Under the pieces are notes generated by a model. The model did not search any database, was not told the origin of the DNA, and was given only the letters and a program-made list of their open reading frames with translations. Shown piece after piece: positions 1 through 15,300 of a stretch of DNA of 64,000 bases. The stretch spans positions 930,001 through 994,000 of the forward strand of contig JBHGNT010000010.1 in the NCBI GenBank assembly GCA_043228905.1, given 5' to 3'. Within the stretch, counting starts at the first letter, position 1. Each line of letters begins with the position of its first letter. The position numbers and the translations under genes were made by a program. Origin of the DNA: Azolla caroliniana (Eukaryota > Plantae > Polypodiophyta).

Positions 1-3000
1 GTATCAATAGCATATTTTATGGTTGGGTACCAAGAGTAGGGTTCTCATGAAGATAAAGTGTAGGCTATCAACACGTGCTTCAATTGTACATTCACATGAG
101 CTGGAAAAGCATGTTGGAAAACTTGGGGTAAGGTAAATTACCTAGCCTACCTCACATTTGCAAGAACTCCTTGAAATGAAGTAGAAGGTTTCGAGTATGC
201 AATTCAAATGGTGACATGGAAATGGCTAGTTGAAATCCTTACACAATTGCCACCTTCATGTGAACATTAAGATAGCCGACATGACACACCAAGGAGAGAA
301 GTTTTGCACATCACAACCATTTAGCCACCTGGTATACCATACATATGTGAATATCTTTCTTTTGAAAATTGTAAACAATGTGAATCACCTGTGAACTTAC
401 ATTATGGCCAACTGTAGTGAGAGGAAACATTTGCTGAAAAATCTAACTTATTATGTCATATGCCTATGCCGAAGTTTAAATATCTTGTACCCTTGTGCCG
501 CCTATCTATTGCAACACACTACATAAAACATCCTAGAGTATGGGCTTGCTATATTTCAAATCAAGTTTGATCGACAAACTATGTAATTGTGTTGTTGATA
601 TTATATGTTTGAATATCCAATGTTTAAATAAAACCAAATTAGGGATGACAAATCATTGTCAATTGTTGAATTGTATAAGGATCACTAACCACGATGACAT
701 TGCATAAGTATTCTAACCTTTCCCAAATGGTTCATCTGAAGTCTAGAAATGAGGGAAACTTCCCATTATTCACTTATGAAACATGGATTGCATAGAAGAC
801 CTATCTCTATTAAGTAAAAAATAAGATTATGACAATATGCATAGACCTTTCGCTAGAAATATTAAAGAGCTTGCCTATTAATGCTACAAGGTGGTAAGTA
901 TACATGCTTACATTGGTTAACTTTAATAAATGACCGATCTTCGTCGATCTTACTAAACCAATGTACGTCGATGTGATTTTTGCATAAGGGTCGGCTCATT
1001 AAAAACAATAAATTCCTTTTTATGTTACTTTTTGTGAAATCAATTGATACTTTTTTGACTTTGACTCTATATCATGAACATGAGAAACTATAGTATGTCT
1101 TTTTTTACCTCATAATACATGACTCCTCATCTAATAGCAATGAGAAACATTAATTACTTTACACATCAAGTTTTGTGTCCCTTACTAATGCTAAGTGTTC
1201 CTCGATGGCATTTTGAAAAACCCAATTATGAGTGCATTCTCGAGTCCCAATGTTAAGAGTCTATTACTAATCAATAGACCAAAATAAAGTAAAAACTAGG
1301 TAAATAGATTGGATAGAAGAACCTGTTCCACTCAACCACCCCTGAGCCATGATCAAAACATAGTCAACCTACCGTCGACGTCCCATATCGCCGGATATTA
1401 GGATGACTAATACCTTGGAAGAGATTAACACGATCGTCGTGACGAAAGCCCGCACCATCAGTGTCTAAGACAGCAGCCTTCTGACATAATGTGTTTATGA
1501 GGGTAGCTAAGCCTTATCTTTATACCTCTTCCTCGGCCCCTTGAATAGATGTGCTTTTCTAAAAAGACTCTCCATTCATTGGTTGTCAAGATCATGATAG
1601 TGCATGCACCTATCATTCCTATCCAATTACATTAGTCCCTTTCTAACATTAGTGAACATACCATTCAATTATGTAAAAATTAGTGACCTACCCTCACATA
1701 CATTATGTGTACATAACACCCAACCTCCACCAATGCAAAGACTAACATTCTTGATGCTCCTTCCTAGCTATATCCTTCATCATGCAAACTAGCAGATGAG
1801 AAATAACATACATTCTATACATTTATTATTGTTGTGGAATGGCCAACTTGGTGAAAACATTCAAGATCTTGATTATGTGACTACATATAAATTGATATTT
1901 GGAAGAGGATTAAATATGTAAGGTGAAATTAATTCTTATTTAGATATAAGAATAAAGTTATGCAAAACTTCTCATAATAGTGCCAAACAATGTCTAAGAT
2001 AGACGTTCTACATGTTGGTTTAACCTTCAATACCGAGGAAAGTATCCCACGGTCCACCCTCTAAACAATACAAAACTTGTATACTTTTTTCGACTTAATG
2101 TCCATGTCAGTGATGGAAGTTATATGAGACTGAAAAAGTAATTGTTACAGTGCTTTTAGACTTTGGTCTAATTGTTATGATTGTTTTACAGACATACATA
2201 GACATTCTACACAACTCTAGAACTAATAAATATGCATGAAGATAAGGAGAACACAAAATTGAATGCTTTGAAGTATGCTTTTATGACATATAAAATGGTG
2301 TAAATTTAGATCCAACTGTAAATCTATACACATGTTCAGTGTATGCATATGCACCTAGATCTAGTGAAATATTGTACACTTTCTTATCCAATAGTCTATG
2401 TTGACATGCATATGGTGATATAGTTTATGTGACCTTACATACTAGTAACTACAATAATTTGGCAAATAAGCTCTAGTTTGACTGCAAAATGATAACAATA
2501 ACTTGGTAGTTCATTAAAAATGCATCCATGAATAGATGAATGCGTAGGTTTAAAACTTCAAGAAGAAGCTCGAAAAACTCATCTTTTGTTTCTACTCAAA
2601 TACATGTCAATGTGATGTTAAACTATGCATGCTCGAACTATTATTTATCTCAAAGATTCCATTAATGCTTAATTTGCGGTTAACATTTCTTTGAACAATG
2701 TGCGCTTTTATGTGAGAAGATGCGATCACTTTTCTATGTTTGGCTAGACAAAACCCTCTAAAGTCTTACTAATATATCGACTAAATCTCGTGTTCCTTTA
2801 TGTGTAAGTAGTTTGTTAAGAAAGTTAGAAGTCCGCAATTTTAATCTTATTGGGTAAAGGATGTTCATTGTTGTGAATTTGAGCATAGGTAGAAGCAATT
2901 TGTTATGGAGTGTATGCAAGCCCAGACATCTATAACGACTTTCGAATATAGAAGCGATATAAATGTTTGTCCTCGATAAATTCTCAATTGAGTGAATCTC

Positions 3001-6000
3001 GTCCCAACATGACTCCATACCTTATTACAACATTATTGAAAATGAATGTATTATTTTGTTATTTAACAATGTGAAATTTGATTAAGGTTACTTTGGACTT
3101 CTTTTATTTATTCTTGTTTTGTTTTGTGGTCCTCGTTCATCTTTTTAAGGACAATTGTTTTAGAGAAAGCAAGGAAATTATATTTGTTAAATGTTCAAAT
3201 CGAAAAACAACACACTTGCCAAAGAGAGCTCACTAATAATGTGAATTAGAAACTCTACTCCAACATTTCTATCTCTTTTGTATATGTTATAATGATGAAC
3301 GAGAAAAGGGAGAATGAAAAGAGCTACCAACATATGCCTACAAGTGGTTGCATAAGATTTACCTCATGGAACTAATGGTACCGTGCTCAACTAGTGGCAC
3401 GAAAAGTATACATGGGCATGTATACTTAATAATAAAGTGTTACTGATCCATGTGATGTTTTATTGGCAAATATGGTGCAAACAACATTAGTATATGCTAA
3501 GAGTCATTTTCATTAGGAATGTGTATGATTTAATTGAAGTATAATGTTTGGAGCATATTTGCCTACAACTTTCTAACTGGGTGAATGTTTTATATTACGC
3601 TACAACATAAAGTTTTATTGATGATATATCAAACAAGAAGTCATTTAATTGTGATGTGGAAGGAGTACAAGATCATGCATGTGTACAACCAGATTATTGG
3701 AGATAGAAATTCATGAGACCATTTCCATTTGTTTCTCAGAGGAAAGAATGGGCCCTTGATTATGCTCTTCAAGAATTCACCATTACTAGTTAGAGACTCT
3801 CGCAACTCTCTAGAGTCATTGAGCATCATAGACAACTTAACTAATTTGATCACGTCCCCTTCTTGTAACGGGTCAAGAGAATACCTTAAATGTTTTGTTT
3901 ACGTCCAAGAGTTTAATTTGATGGTCACTCAATGATAATAAATACCATATAAATAATATCATGTTTCTCTTGTAGCACCCTATTGGCAAGTCATATTCTT
4001 ATAAACCCATAAATTGGGGTCCAAACATTAAATATAACTCTAGTTGATAATAAATATTACATAATGCCACATTTCTCTTAGTGTGCCCTAGTGGTAAGTC
4101 ATCTTCTTATTAACCCATGCATGGAGAGCTCAAACCATGGTAGAATGTAGAGGTTGATTGCATGATATTCTAGCCTACATTGGACACCCTTTTCAATTAC
4201 ATATAAAATGTACAAAAGCATGACTTTTCACTACTATCTTTCTCTTGATACATAGAACGTTGAGATTGTGTTCATGACACCGTACTTAAGAATGCTTCAC
4301 TAATTCATTCCTCTTCATCTTCCTTGTATTATTCTCGATAATCTATGTTGCTCACTCATCTCCTTGCCACTAAGTCTTGTCACATTAAGAAAGCACGAGG
4401 TCATGTCATGAATATGAGCACACAAATTTGAGATTTCATGTGTATAAGCTTTTGAAGAGAAATTATCGGCATATGATGCGACATTGATCTCCACCATATT
4501 AGGGTGATTTCGTTATGATGGACGAGGCAATGTATGTACAAGGTAACTGTTGGCAAAAGGTTAGATATATCAAAGCCCAAGCATGTGGGATAGCTTATCA
4601 TGTACAAACAATAAGGTAAACACATGTGGTGGGTTGGTGGTAAATGCTAAGTAGGCACAAGGAGTGAGTTTAGTAGATAGTACAATATTTCAAATTACAA
4701 GAAACGGAGGGAACTATGGGTATGTACACCAATACTGAGTATCCTTGAAAGAAATCATTTCCCCAACATACTCCTGGAGTATATTATCCAATACATACTC
4801 TCATGTCATGAACGGATGAATTTCAAATATTTATTTTGTGCTAATGAACCAATCATTGAGCTAATCAAATTAGGCAACATTGATTTTAAGATGTAATTTT
4901 ATTAGTCATTTGCAATTCAAAATAGCATGTTGTAACATGGTAGGACAACATGGTTCCAAGCAAAGTAGGGAAGAACATTGGGGTTTGGTATGTGGATTTG
5001 TTTTTGCTAGTGATATGGTTGTCCCTTAATTATGATAGTTGAATGCTTTATAATGCTTTATATATATAATATATATATATATAGTTGGCGATGTTATTCC
5101 CACACGTTAATTTTGTTGACTCCTCAATTGTTACCCCCTCTTCCTAATGTGCCTTGGTGGTATCCAGTGGATCGAGTATTGACGTTAATCTCTACCAAGA
5201 TAGGTTTGTGAAAATCCGAAATTTGATACATTACAATGGAGGAGAATGAATGCAAGCCAAAATAATATTATATGGCATATGATTTCAAAAATCCCACACA
5301 TTGTAAGTTTTTATCTATCCTATATACTTGCTCTAGTTTCTTCTATCTTTTACAAATATCAACTTTATCTACACCTTAATTTAACCTATCGATCCTCCTT
5401 TTAGGCCATTTCGGTAGACTTATGCAATCAAGAAAATGTCTTAGGCCCTCTCAAGCTATTAAACAAACACATGCATTACATTAGTTGTAAAATATGGAAC
5501 AACATCATCAGCCAATACTTTCTTTCTCTTCATGACATCTCGTCTTTGAAGTCATCAACCTAGAGATGGTATTTGGAAGTTTAAGAATTTCCTCTTCATC
5601 ACCCAAGAATTGAGTCTTGCAATATACAAAGATTGAGAGATCCTAGGTTGATTGATTTGGAATTCAAACATATTTGGTCTAATCATGACCATGGCAGTGC
5701 ATCAAAATTCGAACATATTGGTTCTAATGCAAAAATATCTTACACATTTCTCCTCATGCGAAACAATATATATCTTATTGTTCCTTTGTTGTGACTTCAA
5801 TTGTATCTGAAAATGGTATATGTGGGAAGGAAAAGTGTGACCTATGTCTCCTACGAACTTTACCGAAAGTGGGAAAATTATCAACACCCAGTTCCAATAA
5901 CACAATGTGTTGTAGTTCTTACAAATGAAGGAGGGGAGTTAATGTACTTAATGAAAGAGTAAATCGATTGCCTTGATCCAACAACATGGGAGTGTGGGTG

Positions 6001-7492
6001 TGCAAATATTCACAAGACAATGGATTGGAAAAACATATTTAATGCTCAGTAAACAATAAGAGTGCATGTGTGCATTTATATATGGGCACTAATTTGCAGA
6101 ATATATTGAGGAGGGCGCAAGGTTGCGGGTATGTGTATATACATTGTAGTCGAAAGTATGAAAGATAGACGATTGGTTATTTGGAGGATAGATTTAATAT
6201 GATCCCTAGAGATATGATCATATTGCATTCAAAGATTCTATAGATTACTTTCTTTTTCCTATGAGAATGCAAGGTTTAATATATGAATCCACCAACACAT
6301 CTAATCTAAGGGTCATTCTGATGATAATAATCATAGTTCATAACCTAAGGGAAATTTTAGAGAGAATGTGTGCATGAGTGAGATCTTCATGAGATCTTTG
6401 AGCACACCTATTGTACTTACAATATCAAGACACATAAAGTATAATATACGCCTCTTCGCGTCTTCTTTTTGTAAAAAATATTACATTCTCTAACTATACC
6501 AACATACAAAGCATGATTGACAAGGTCATCAGTGGATCCAACAAATGCTGCAAACATCATTTGATGCAATTGCACCTCGTCGAAGGGCGAAACACACATT
6601 GGACTACACCCCACTTCACCCATCGAACAAAAAGCATTTCAAGGGCACCAATATCAAACACCATCCTATGGGCCAAGACCCACTGATGGGGGAATCCCTG
6701 TAATCAAAACCCAAAGTTGAGAAAATGAATTCTCAAATAACATATTGTATAGGAGAAACCTTTGGCTAACATTCTATGAGGACCATATACAAAAAACGAA
6801 AACCACTTCTATTCAAGACATTTCGTCATTTCAACCTACATGAAGAAGATATTCGCCATAAATGAACGAAGTTGATAATGTGCCAAAAAATCATAAGTCT
6901 CATCAACCAACCAAGACTTCTTCTCCATCAACTTGTGATGGATATCATTGTTCTTCACTTGAGGAATTACATATTTGTTGTTCAAAGAATCAACTTTCAT
7001 GGTTCGACTCCATCTAGCTTGTGTATGGATGAACAAGAACACCCAATATGTGTGGGCTAGACAACACACATCAAACCAGCCATGAATCGACGGTGTACAA
7101 AATCCTTTCCATGACTTATCTATGATATGGCCTAGTTTGATCTTCACGTTGGGCTTTCTAATGCATATATCATTTATTGTGTGTCCCTTGGATGTCTGTA
7201 CAAATCAATCTCTTTCTCTCTCTCTCTCTAAAGTAAAAAATTTGCTCATTGAATCGAAGTGCCCACATGGCCTTTATCTCTCTTCCCTAGACAATGATGA
7301 TACATATATTGATAAGTTCACTGGAGTGGTCGACACAACCCACGTGAACGATGGCATCCATCAATTGTTGGAAAGTTTGGGCGACAGATTTTAAAGCTCA
7401 ACGAGAGATGCTGAGTTCGGCTATATGTATCTTAAAGCTAGAGGCAAGCTTGGTGTTAGGAATCCCGAAAAACCCTAAAAGCCTAGAGAGGG

Positions 7493-7496
<4 letters not shown>

Positions 7497-7532
<36 letters not shown>
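7497..7532. repeat. (TG)18 microsatellite
   Basis: Direct reading of an uninterrupted TG run. Confidence 0.95.
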
Positions 7533-7535
<3 letters not shown>

Positions 7536-7636
7536 ACCTTAAAACCCTAAAAGGCACATACATTCCCTGTTTGTCACATGATCATCTAAGAAACACTAGA
7601 AAGAAAAAGACCAAGACTGAAGACTTAGAATAAGAA

Positions 7637-7890
7637 TATATACATATACTGTTATACATATACATATACATATACCCATACGGTATACCCATATACATAC
7701 ATATATAATGTATATATACATTATACATTATACATATATAATTTATATACATAAAACACATACATTATACATATATAATGTATATACATAAACACATACA
7801 TTATACATATATAATGTATATACATAAACATATACATTATACATTATACATACATACATTATGATTATACAATATACATATACAAATGCA
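7637..7890. repeat. Low-complexity TA/CA-rich degenerate tandem repeat upstream of the cyclin gene
   Basis: Reiterated tatacat/cattatacatatataatgtatatacata units. Confidence 0.75.
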
Positions 7891-8089
7891 TTATTCATGT
7901 ATGCATATCTTAGTTTTTTTTTCTTCTTCCCCTTCCTCTTCAAAAGCTTAGTTTTTTTTAAAAAAATTTCACCCAAATGTATTTTGATTTACATACTTCT
8001 CGCCATGCTCTGTTTCATCTGCCATTGATGCTTCTCCCTCTTTTCTCCTCTTTTTTCTTTTCTTTCTCATTCCCTATTTCTGCTTCGAT

Positions 8090-10102
8090 ATGCCTCCCAG
8101 CTTAGCAGACCTTCTCTGCTGCGAAGATTTCTCGGGTTGTTTCTCTGACAATGACGTTGATAATGATGATGATGATGAAGAAGAAGAAGAAGAAGAAGAA
8201 GAAGAAGAAGAAGAAGAAGAAAGAAGGAAAAGGAAAAGAGGTTATAATTTGCCTTCTTCTTCTTCTTCTTCTTCATTATCATGGAGAGATTCTATGGCTA
8301 TGGTGCAACCAGAAGAAGAAGAAGAAGAAGAAGAAGAAGAAGAAGAAGATGATGATGATGAAGACATTGATATCCAAACGACATTTACTGCTCTTGTAGA
8401 GAGAGAGATCTTCCATGTGCCATGCTCCGATTATCTTCGGAAGTATGAAGAAAAGATTCTTGATGTCGAATCTCGGCAGAACGCAATAAATTGGATTTTT
8501 AAGGTACAGAGAGCTTTCTTCTTCTTCTTCTCCCTTTTACTCTGCTCTCTTATTGAGTCTTTTTCTCTGGACCTGCGTCTTCGTTTCATTTTTAGTTACT
8601 ATTTGTATTCTCTCCACTTCTAGGTTCTCACTCCATTCTTTGTTTTAAATCTGTTTGCGATGGTTTCGGTGGTCTTTCGAGATTTGTTTTAATTTGGATT
8701 GTGAAAGCATTCTTTGATTATGCAACGAATGCCTTTCTTGCTTCATCAATGTTTTGCTAAGTGTATACCTACCCAATCCTGTTGTGTCATCAAAGGTTCG
8801 GGATTTCTACAAATTTGGCCCTCTAACAGCCGCCTTATCTGTGAACTATCTTGATCGCTTCCTATCACTCCATCGAATTCCAGTAAGTGTTTGCTCTCTT
8901 TTTACCCTAAATCCTTACAGAGAAACCCTCGTTGAAACCCTGTTTTTTTTGCATTCTCTTCTTCATACCATCCCCAAAATCTCTTGTTTTTTGTGTGTTT
9001 CCACAGAAGTGCAAAGGTTGGATGATGCAGCTTCTGTCAGTGGCGTGCTTATCTTTAGCAGCCAAGATGGAAGAAACAGATGTCCCCCTACTTCTTGATC
9101 TTCAGGTAAATCATGGATGCTTTCAGGTGGATGGTTTCCTCTTTCATGCCATTGACGAGATGCAGAGAGATTGCGAAGATTTGTAACAATCACGTTTAAG
9201 AAATGAACCCGATGTGAATTGAGTTTTTAAAGGTTTCTTGAATCGAAATTCACATGATCTCATTTAAAACTTGAATGAACCTGATTAGTATAATTTAATC
9301 ATGTATCCTGTACTTATTTTTTATTTTTCAATGATCAAGACATAACAGGAGCGAGAAATTAATTCCATCACTATTATTATTGGCAATATCTCTACTTCAT
9401 TAACATGAGATTAATTTGACTCACCTTAAAAGGCAGTGTGTGTGTATATATGTAGTCATGGATTAAACTACAATTTCCTGTTCCCCTTGCAATCTTCTCA
9501 GGTTGGGCCTGATTGTATATTCGAGCCGCAAACCATTCAAAGAATGGAGTTACTTGTGCTCAGCACCCTCGAGTGGCGATTGAGCTCTGTCACTCCCTTC
9601 TCATACATAGATTTTTTTGTCCGCTATTTAGATCTTGCAAGTGACACACATTGTGTTTCATGTGCCCGAATTGATGAACTCATCCTGTCTGCATTTCAAG
9701 GTGAGCTTGGAAGGCTTGTATTGTGAGGATGATGGATGCATATTATTGTTAATAATATGTCATGTGTGACTGAGTTTTACACCATTTGTATACTTTTGTA
9801 GACATTAGATTTCTGTACTACTTGCCATCATCCATTGCTGCAGCGGCTGTTCTGTGTGCCGCCCAGGAGATGTGCTCCCCACAGTTCATTGAGTTTAAGA
9901 AGATCTTATTTTCCATGTTCCCCCAACACCTACACGTAAGTCTCTACTTAGCAATGATATTCTTTCTTTTTTCAGGTTAAATTTTCTATATTCAACTAAA
10001 ATTTGCACTTCTGGTATGTTCTGGTAATTCCAGGATTCATCAGAGAGCTGTTTTATGCTAATGGCAGAGCTTTTTTGCAATATGTACATCAACCAAGGGT
10101 GA
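8090..10102 (+). CDS. CYCD: D-type cyclin, 6 exons: 8090-8503, 8796-8882, 9007-9105, 9502-9700, 9802-9935, 10034-10102 (about 333 aa)
   Basis: N-terminal LxCxE RBR-binding motif (LLCCE). Cyclin box: [11 protein letters not shown]...[11 protein letters not shown]...[19 protein letters not shown]...[21 protein letters not shown]...PSSIAAAAV. All introns are GT-AG and the phases join into one frame. The last exon is the least certain. Confidence 0.92.
8162..8362 (+). repeat. Coding (GAT)n/(GAA)n/(TCT)n microsatellites giving poly-Asp/Glu and poly-Ser tracts in cyclin exon 1
   Basis: Direct reading of the sequence and the ORF translation. Confidence 0.9.
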
Positions 10103-12358
10103 TGTTTCATTCCTAGAAGCCCCATTGTGGGGGTGGGGGGGGAGGGGAGATATTTTATATGTATACATTAGCAGTGGTTGAAAGTACATAAAGCAGTATT
10201 AACTCCCAGATTTCCCTGCAACCACTCAGACAACGGATGATAGGCAGTTTTTGTAGGAATATGACAGTTTGAGTTGCTCGTGCCAACATGCAATCTGTCT
10301 GTCATATTGCCTACACATGCATCTGAGTTTGGTATATGCTGTAGTCCATGTGTCTCTATGAAAAAGGTTTGAAAAAGAGGGATCCCAATGCACAATTTGG
10401 GTTAGGTTTTGATACTAAATGACACACTGATGAATCCTGATGCGCACATAGTTTTGCTCAAAATTATGCAAATTGAGAGAGTAAGAGCAGCTCAATCATG
10501 CGGCTTTGCAGCATTTTGGCTTTGAGAAAACCTCAGTCTACTATCGATTATGTATGTAATGTATACTGTGTTTATGATCCAGGCTTTCCTGGTATTCGGC
10601 ACCTGAATACAACCATGGATCAAATTCCGTTGGGGGTGAAGATCACTTAGATGTATTAGTTTTGATGTAACAAATTTTCCAGACATTAAAGTTATTGGAT
10701 TTAAAGAGATGGTATCCCTGTATTAGGAATGAAGCGATTATTTGCCATCTGCATAGATCTGATGGTGATATGCCTTAACTTTACACTGTTCATTTTCCAA
10801 AGTGCTGCACACAGTGGGAACAAATTGTTGATGACATTATCGCATGAATTCAGACATATGTGGTGAACTTGAATTCAAAACATACTCAGAGAATTCCTCG
10901 AAAGACATTAATATTTCCATTGCAACTACAGGATAATGTCTAACGAACAAATTATTCCAAAAATATATCTGATTTTTTTCAAAAGTATATGCTTCCACTA
11001 TTACCTACACAAAAACTTTATAATGTAATCAATGTTCAAATACTTAACTGCAAAATAAACGTTTTGTTATAGTCAACAATACAATCTAGCTTGTGTTGAT
11101 TTTTTTATCAGCTTCAATCTAATGTTTCATTATTGGATATCAATGTTCAGGAAATTGCTCATAATAGCTGGAACCATATAAATTACAAAAATCAAGACAA
11201 CCATTAGATTGTTCAGGAAACTACGTGCACAGGTTTCATCATTGGATATCACATTCCACCTTTCGGGAAACCACATCATGATGGCTACAGACATGAGTTG
11301 TGAAAATTATCATTAACATTCAAGACAGCCATTAGATTGTTTAAAACTAGACTCTTCTTCACACATTACAACAATCAGTTTCAGGTGTTTTCACTTCTAC
11401 GTTATTCAGTTTTTTTCTTTATACACCAGTAATCAATCACTTGAAGAAGAAACATCCATCTTCTTTTTCCTCCTGGAACCAGTTTAATCAATCTAATTAA
11501 TCCTCCACAATCTCAAATCATAGAAATTTCTATTACTCTTTTTCATCTGATGAATCATCACAACCTAGGACTCTATCTAGCTTCATATGATCATTTAGGA
11601 AACAAAAAAGTGAAGTTCAATGTACATCAAGACTTCACTTAGTGGATGAAAACAGTGCAGAGAATGCTGACACCCAGCGCCATCTGGATTACTATCTAAA
11701 GAACCTGGCTAACAAAATTATGATTAATAAAGTTCATCAGAGAAAGGGAGAATCTAAATAGTAAACACGAAACTGCAGTGTAGAGCCAATTGGGAGAAAA
11801 AGAAATGGAAATAAGATTGTCTTGTTCGAAGGATATGTGTAATCATTAAGTAAGAAGAATGAAAAATGGATATTTTCAATGCTTGGCACCATTATAACGC
11901 ACATTCAAATAAATCACATCGATGAAGAATATCACTTGGGTCAATAAGCAGAAAATAGTCAGGCAAGCGTTAGTTCGTTATTAAAAAGGTTTATGTCAAA
12001 GTACCCAAAATGAATGGATATGGGGTATATATAGGATGACATTACCACTAAATAAAAAAAATCCTGCCAATATGGGAAGATGGTGCCCCCCTGACAGTTA
12101 CGTAACTTCTCATACCCAGTCATTATGTTGCCCGAAAACGTAAGCACTTGAGGATCTTTTGCATTGGTCTGGGATCCGTTATAGATCTTTATGAAGCCGA
12201 ATAGCTCTGACATAGATTATATCTCTCACAGAGCATCTGATACAAAACATGTGACACATGCAAATCTTGTCGAAACCACTTGTTATCTACCTGCTATGGA
12301 GAATAAGTGGTAGGTCTTCTTAGTTTTAAATCCTATACATTCAATAGAAAGTCATCAT

Positions 12359-15300
12359 TCATACTGTTGAAATACCCGGTGTACAATTACTACCATGAGT
12401 GGTAGAGTGACTGTCGACATTAATAGGAGAGACAGTGCCCATTAGTTCATGATCCAGGAAGACCACAATCACAGTGATGTCATCATGAAAGTGACGCCTG
12501 ATTCCTCTTTCAATTTTCTTCAGATCACTATACCTCATTTCACGCTTCTTGGCTGCCTCTTCCAATGCCAATTTGATTAATCTTCTTGCTATCCCCTGCA
12601 TGCATCACATAACAATATTAGGTTTCCTTGTTCCTTTGGCCAGTAGTGTATTGTTCTGCCAAAGAAGATAGCAGTAAAGCCAGAGAAGGCAAAATTCCAA
12701 AAAAGAGTAATAGTTTCATCAGGAAAGGAGATACCATCACCAATGATAAAAAAACACTGGGCAACATGTACTCAAGCCATGAAGTGCACATGCATCAAAG
12801 CTGATTCATGGGAGTGTTGTTAAATTGCTCATGTATTCATGTGAAGTGTGACATACAAGTGGTATATATTATAGATTTGTATAAGATATCATGCATCATG
12901 AGATATACTTTCATAAATTGCAACTCTGCTTACTCGTTGTGGATGACTGTTTACAATTTTAACTGCAGCTTCATTGCTCATGTGTTCCCAGAGACCATCA
13001 GATGCAAAAATCAGAAATCGATCCTGAGATTGAAGTTTGTGGATGCATATTGAAGGCTCTGCTGTAAGAACGGGTTGTATGAGAGGTTCTGTCAGAAGAA
13101 ATTGTGAAAATAATGGCTCTCTGTTGAACTCCTGCTTCTTCAAGTAGAAATCCCCAATAGATCTGGAGACCTGTAGGAGTGATTAACGACAATACCCACA
13201 TTCAAAACACACTACATAGTCAAAAGTTGATGCATAAAACACTCCCCTCTAGAAATCTGTCTAAATAATCACACTATGGAGTATATTTATAAAGGAAATG
13301 TCTTAAGATACTAAAAAGTATCTAGGATATAGATTAGTCACTCAGTATGTGCCAAGAATATAATGCAGGAAAGATGTGTATTAAGTTGTTAGTATCTAGA
13401 GATATTTTGTTACATTTTTGTAAATGCTAAAATCATCCAGCCATCTTCATCCCATACAATTTTGTTTCCATACAAAAGCAAGTGCCATGGAATCTTGTTA
13501 CTAATAGATTTGCATATCAAGACTGGTTCCTGAATGTCTTGAAGAATGCTAGAGATAATATGTACACAGACTTATATATACACGGGGAGCCGAATCACTA
13601 GAGCAAAAACACAGAAATTCATTATTTCCTTTCCAGACAGTACCTGGAAATTTGATTATGTTGAAGACAATAGTAATGCACTTAGGCACACCAAAATTTA
13701 ATGTAATTACCTGTATGATACCTTTGACTCTCCAAACACCATGTTTTTGCAAGAGAATACGATCATCATTCGGATGTAAAGCTTTAACTTCTTGCCGAAT
13801 AGCCTCTATACTGACATTGTGTTCAGTTGTCAATTGAACAGGTGTAATCACTCCACTAGATCTAAACATACATCCTAAAATGGCCCTGGAATCGCCTACA
13901 TTAGCAATGTAAACTGTTCCATTGCAAACTACTCCAACCAAGCAACAAGACCCAGCTGCAGCAACCTGTGGCTTCATTGGCCAAGCTTCTACCACCAGTG
14001 CTTCAAAGCCTTCTTCGGTAGCTTTGAAGGCCATCTCAAGTACCTCTACAGACATACCTCCTCTTGTAGATGCAAACCCTGTCCGACCACATAAAATCAT
14101 TGTAGCTGAATATGAGCTTTTCAAAGGAATTATTTAATTCAATTTCCTATTGTGGAACCAAAACTATAAAAATCCTGAGTAGCTCAATTGCAACAGACTT
14201 CCACACATTACTGAAAGCTATACTTGCGTTTTCACAACCTTTGTGACTTTGTTGTTAATGATATGTGTAAAAACAGAGAAGTACTGCAATCCAGGTCTGC
14301 ATCCTATGAACTGCTCTCTAATTTGTATGAAAAGGATAGACATATCTGACATCATGGAGGCTGGAACTCCTTTAATTCCTTCAACTGGCATCATGGTATG
14401 GAGGTGTATGAAAAGGCTGGACATATCTGACATCATGGAGGCTGAAACTCCTTTAATTCTTTCAACTGGCATGATGGTATGGAGATGTTAAATAATAAGA
14501 CTGTTACTATAGGTGTCTACATACAAGCTTCTTTATCTCTTGGCATGGATTTCCTATTTGAGCTTAGGTGTCTACATACAATCCTCTTTATGTCTTGGAT
14601 TTTATGTGCATAGACAAATTTGAACATGCATCGACTCTGTGATCATTTGCATTCATCCTATACAATCTAATGTCATGAAACAAAGTCATGTAATAGAAAC
14701 ACTGGAAAGTTGCATGGATCAGCGAAAAAAGACAAGATCTCAGTTGGCAGAAAGACTTTCTAACCAATGAATATGATCTTCATCCCCGTGTAATGGAACA
14801 ATATGGATATATAATTAACGAAAGGGGGCTATCAGCTAAGGCCCAGCAAATTATTCCTTCAAATGGCCTTGCTCCACTACTCTCTGATGCCATGGATAGT
14901 AAGTCAACACTGTAGAATATATGGTAAATCACACATAGAAAATACAGAAAGAAAAGGATTTGAACTAAGAAATCTGTTCTTAATCCTATATTTGCTGATG
15001 GACTTGTCACCCACATTATGGAAAATGTGGCAACATAAAGACAAAAATGAGGTTTCTCACTAGTATCAGGGTTCAGTGGAAGCTCAGAAAAGCACTCTGA
15101 CTGATATGGACCGTTTGATTGAGAAATGAAGCCATATTTTTATAATGATGAGGATTTTGACCAGTATCAGCATTTCTCCTAAAGGCCCAGCAAAGTAGGA
15201 TTACAACAACATGGTTGGTCTTGTTGGTCAGTCACATCATGTAAAATGTGGAAAGTGGCACACATCAGTGAAAAGAATCAATCTTACATTGAGAAAGTAG

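Noticed and set aside
1-7450. Short ORFs and coding-like patches in the first 7.4 kb (for example 6836-7147 and 7122-7394)
   Set aside because: No recognisable domain, splice pattern, TIR/LTR or TSD. Probably very old TE debris, but I cannot assign a family.
8067-8399. Poly-Lys and poly-Leu ORFs overlapping cyclin exon 1
   Set aside because: Alternative-frame readings of the GAA microsatellites.
14218-14491. ORFs on both strands with an internal repeated peptide
   Set aside because: A by-product of the 81-bp (multiple of 3) intronic duplication; no domain similarity.
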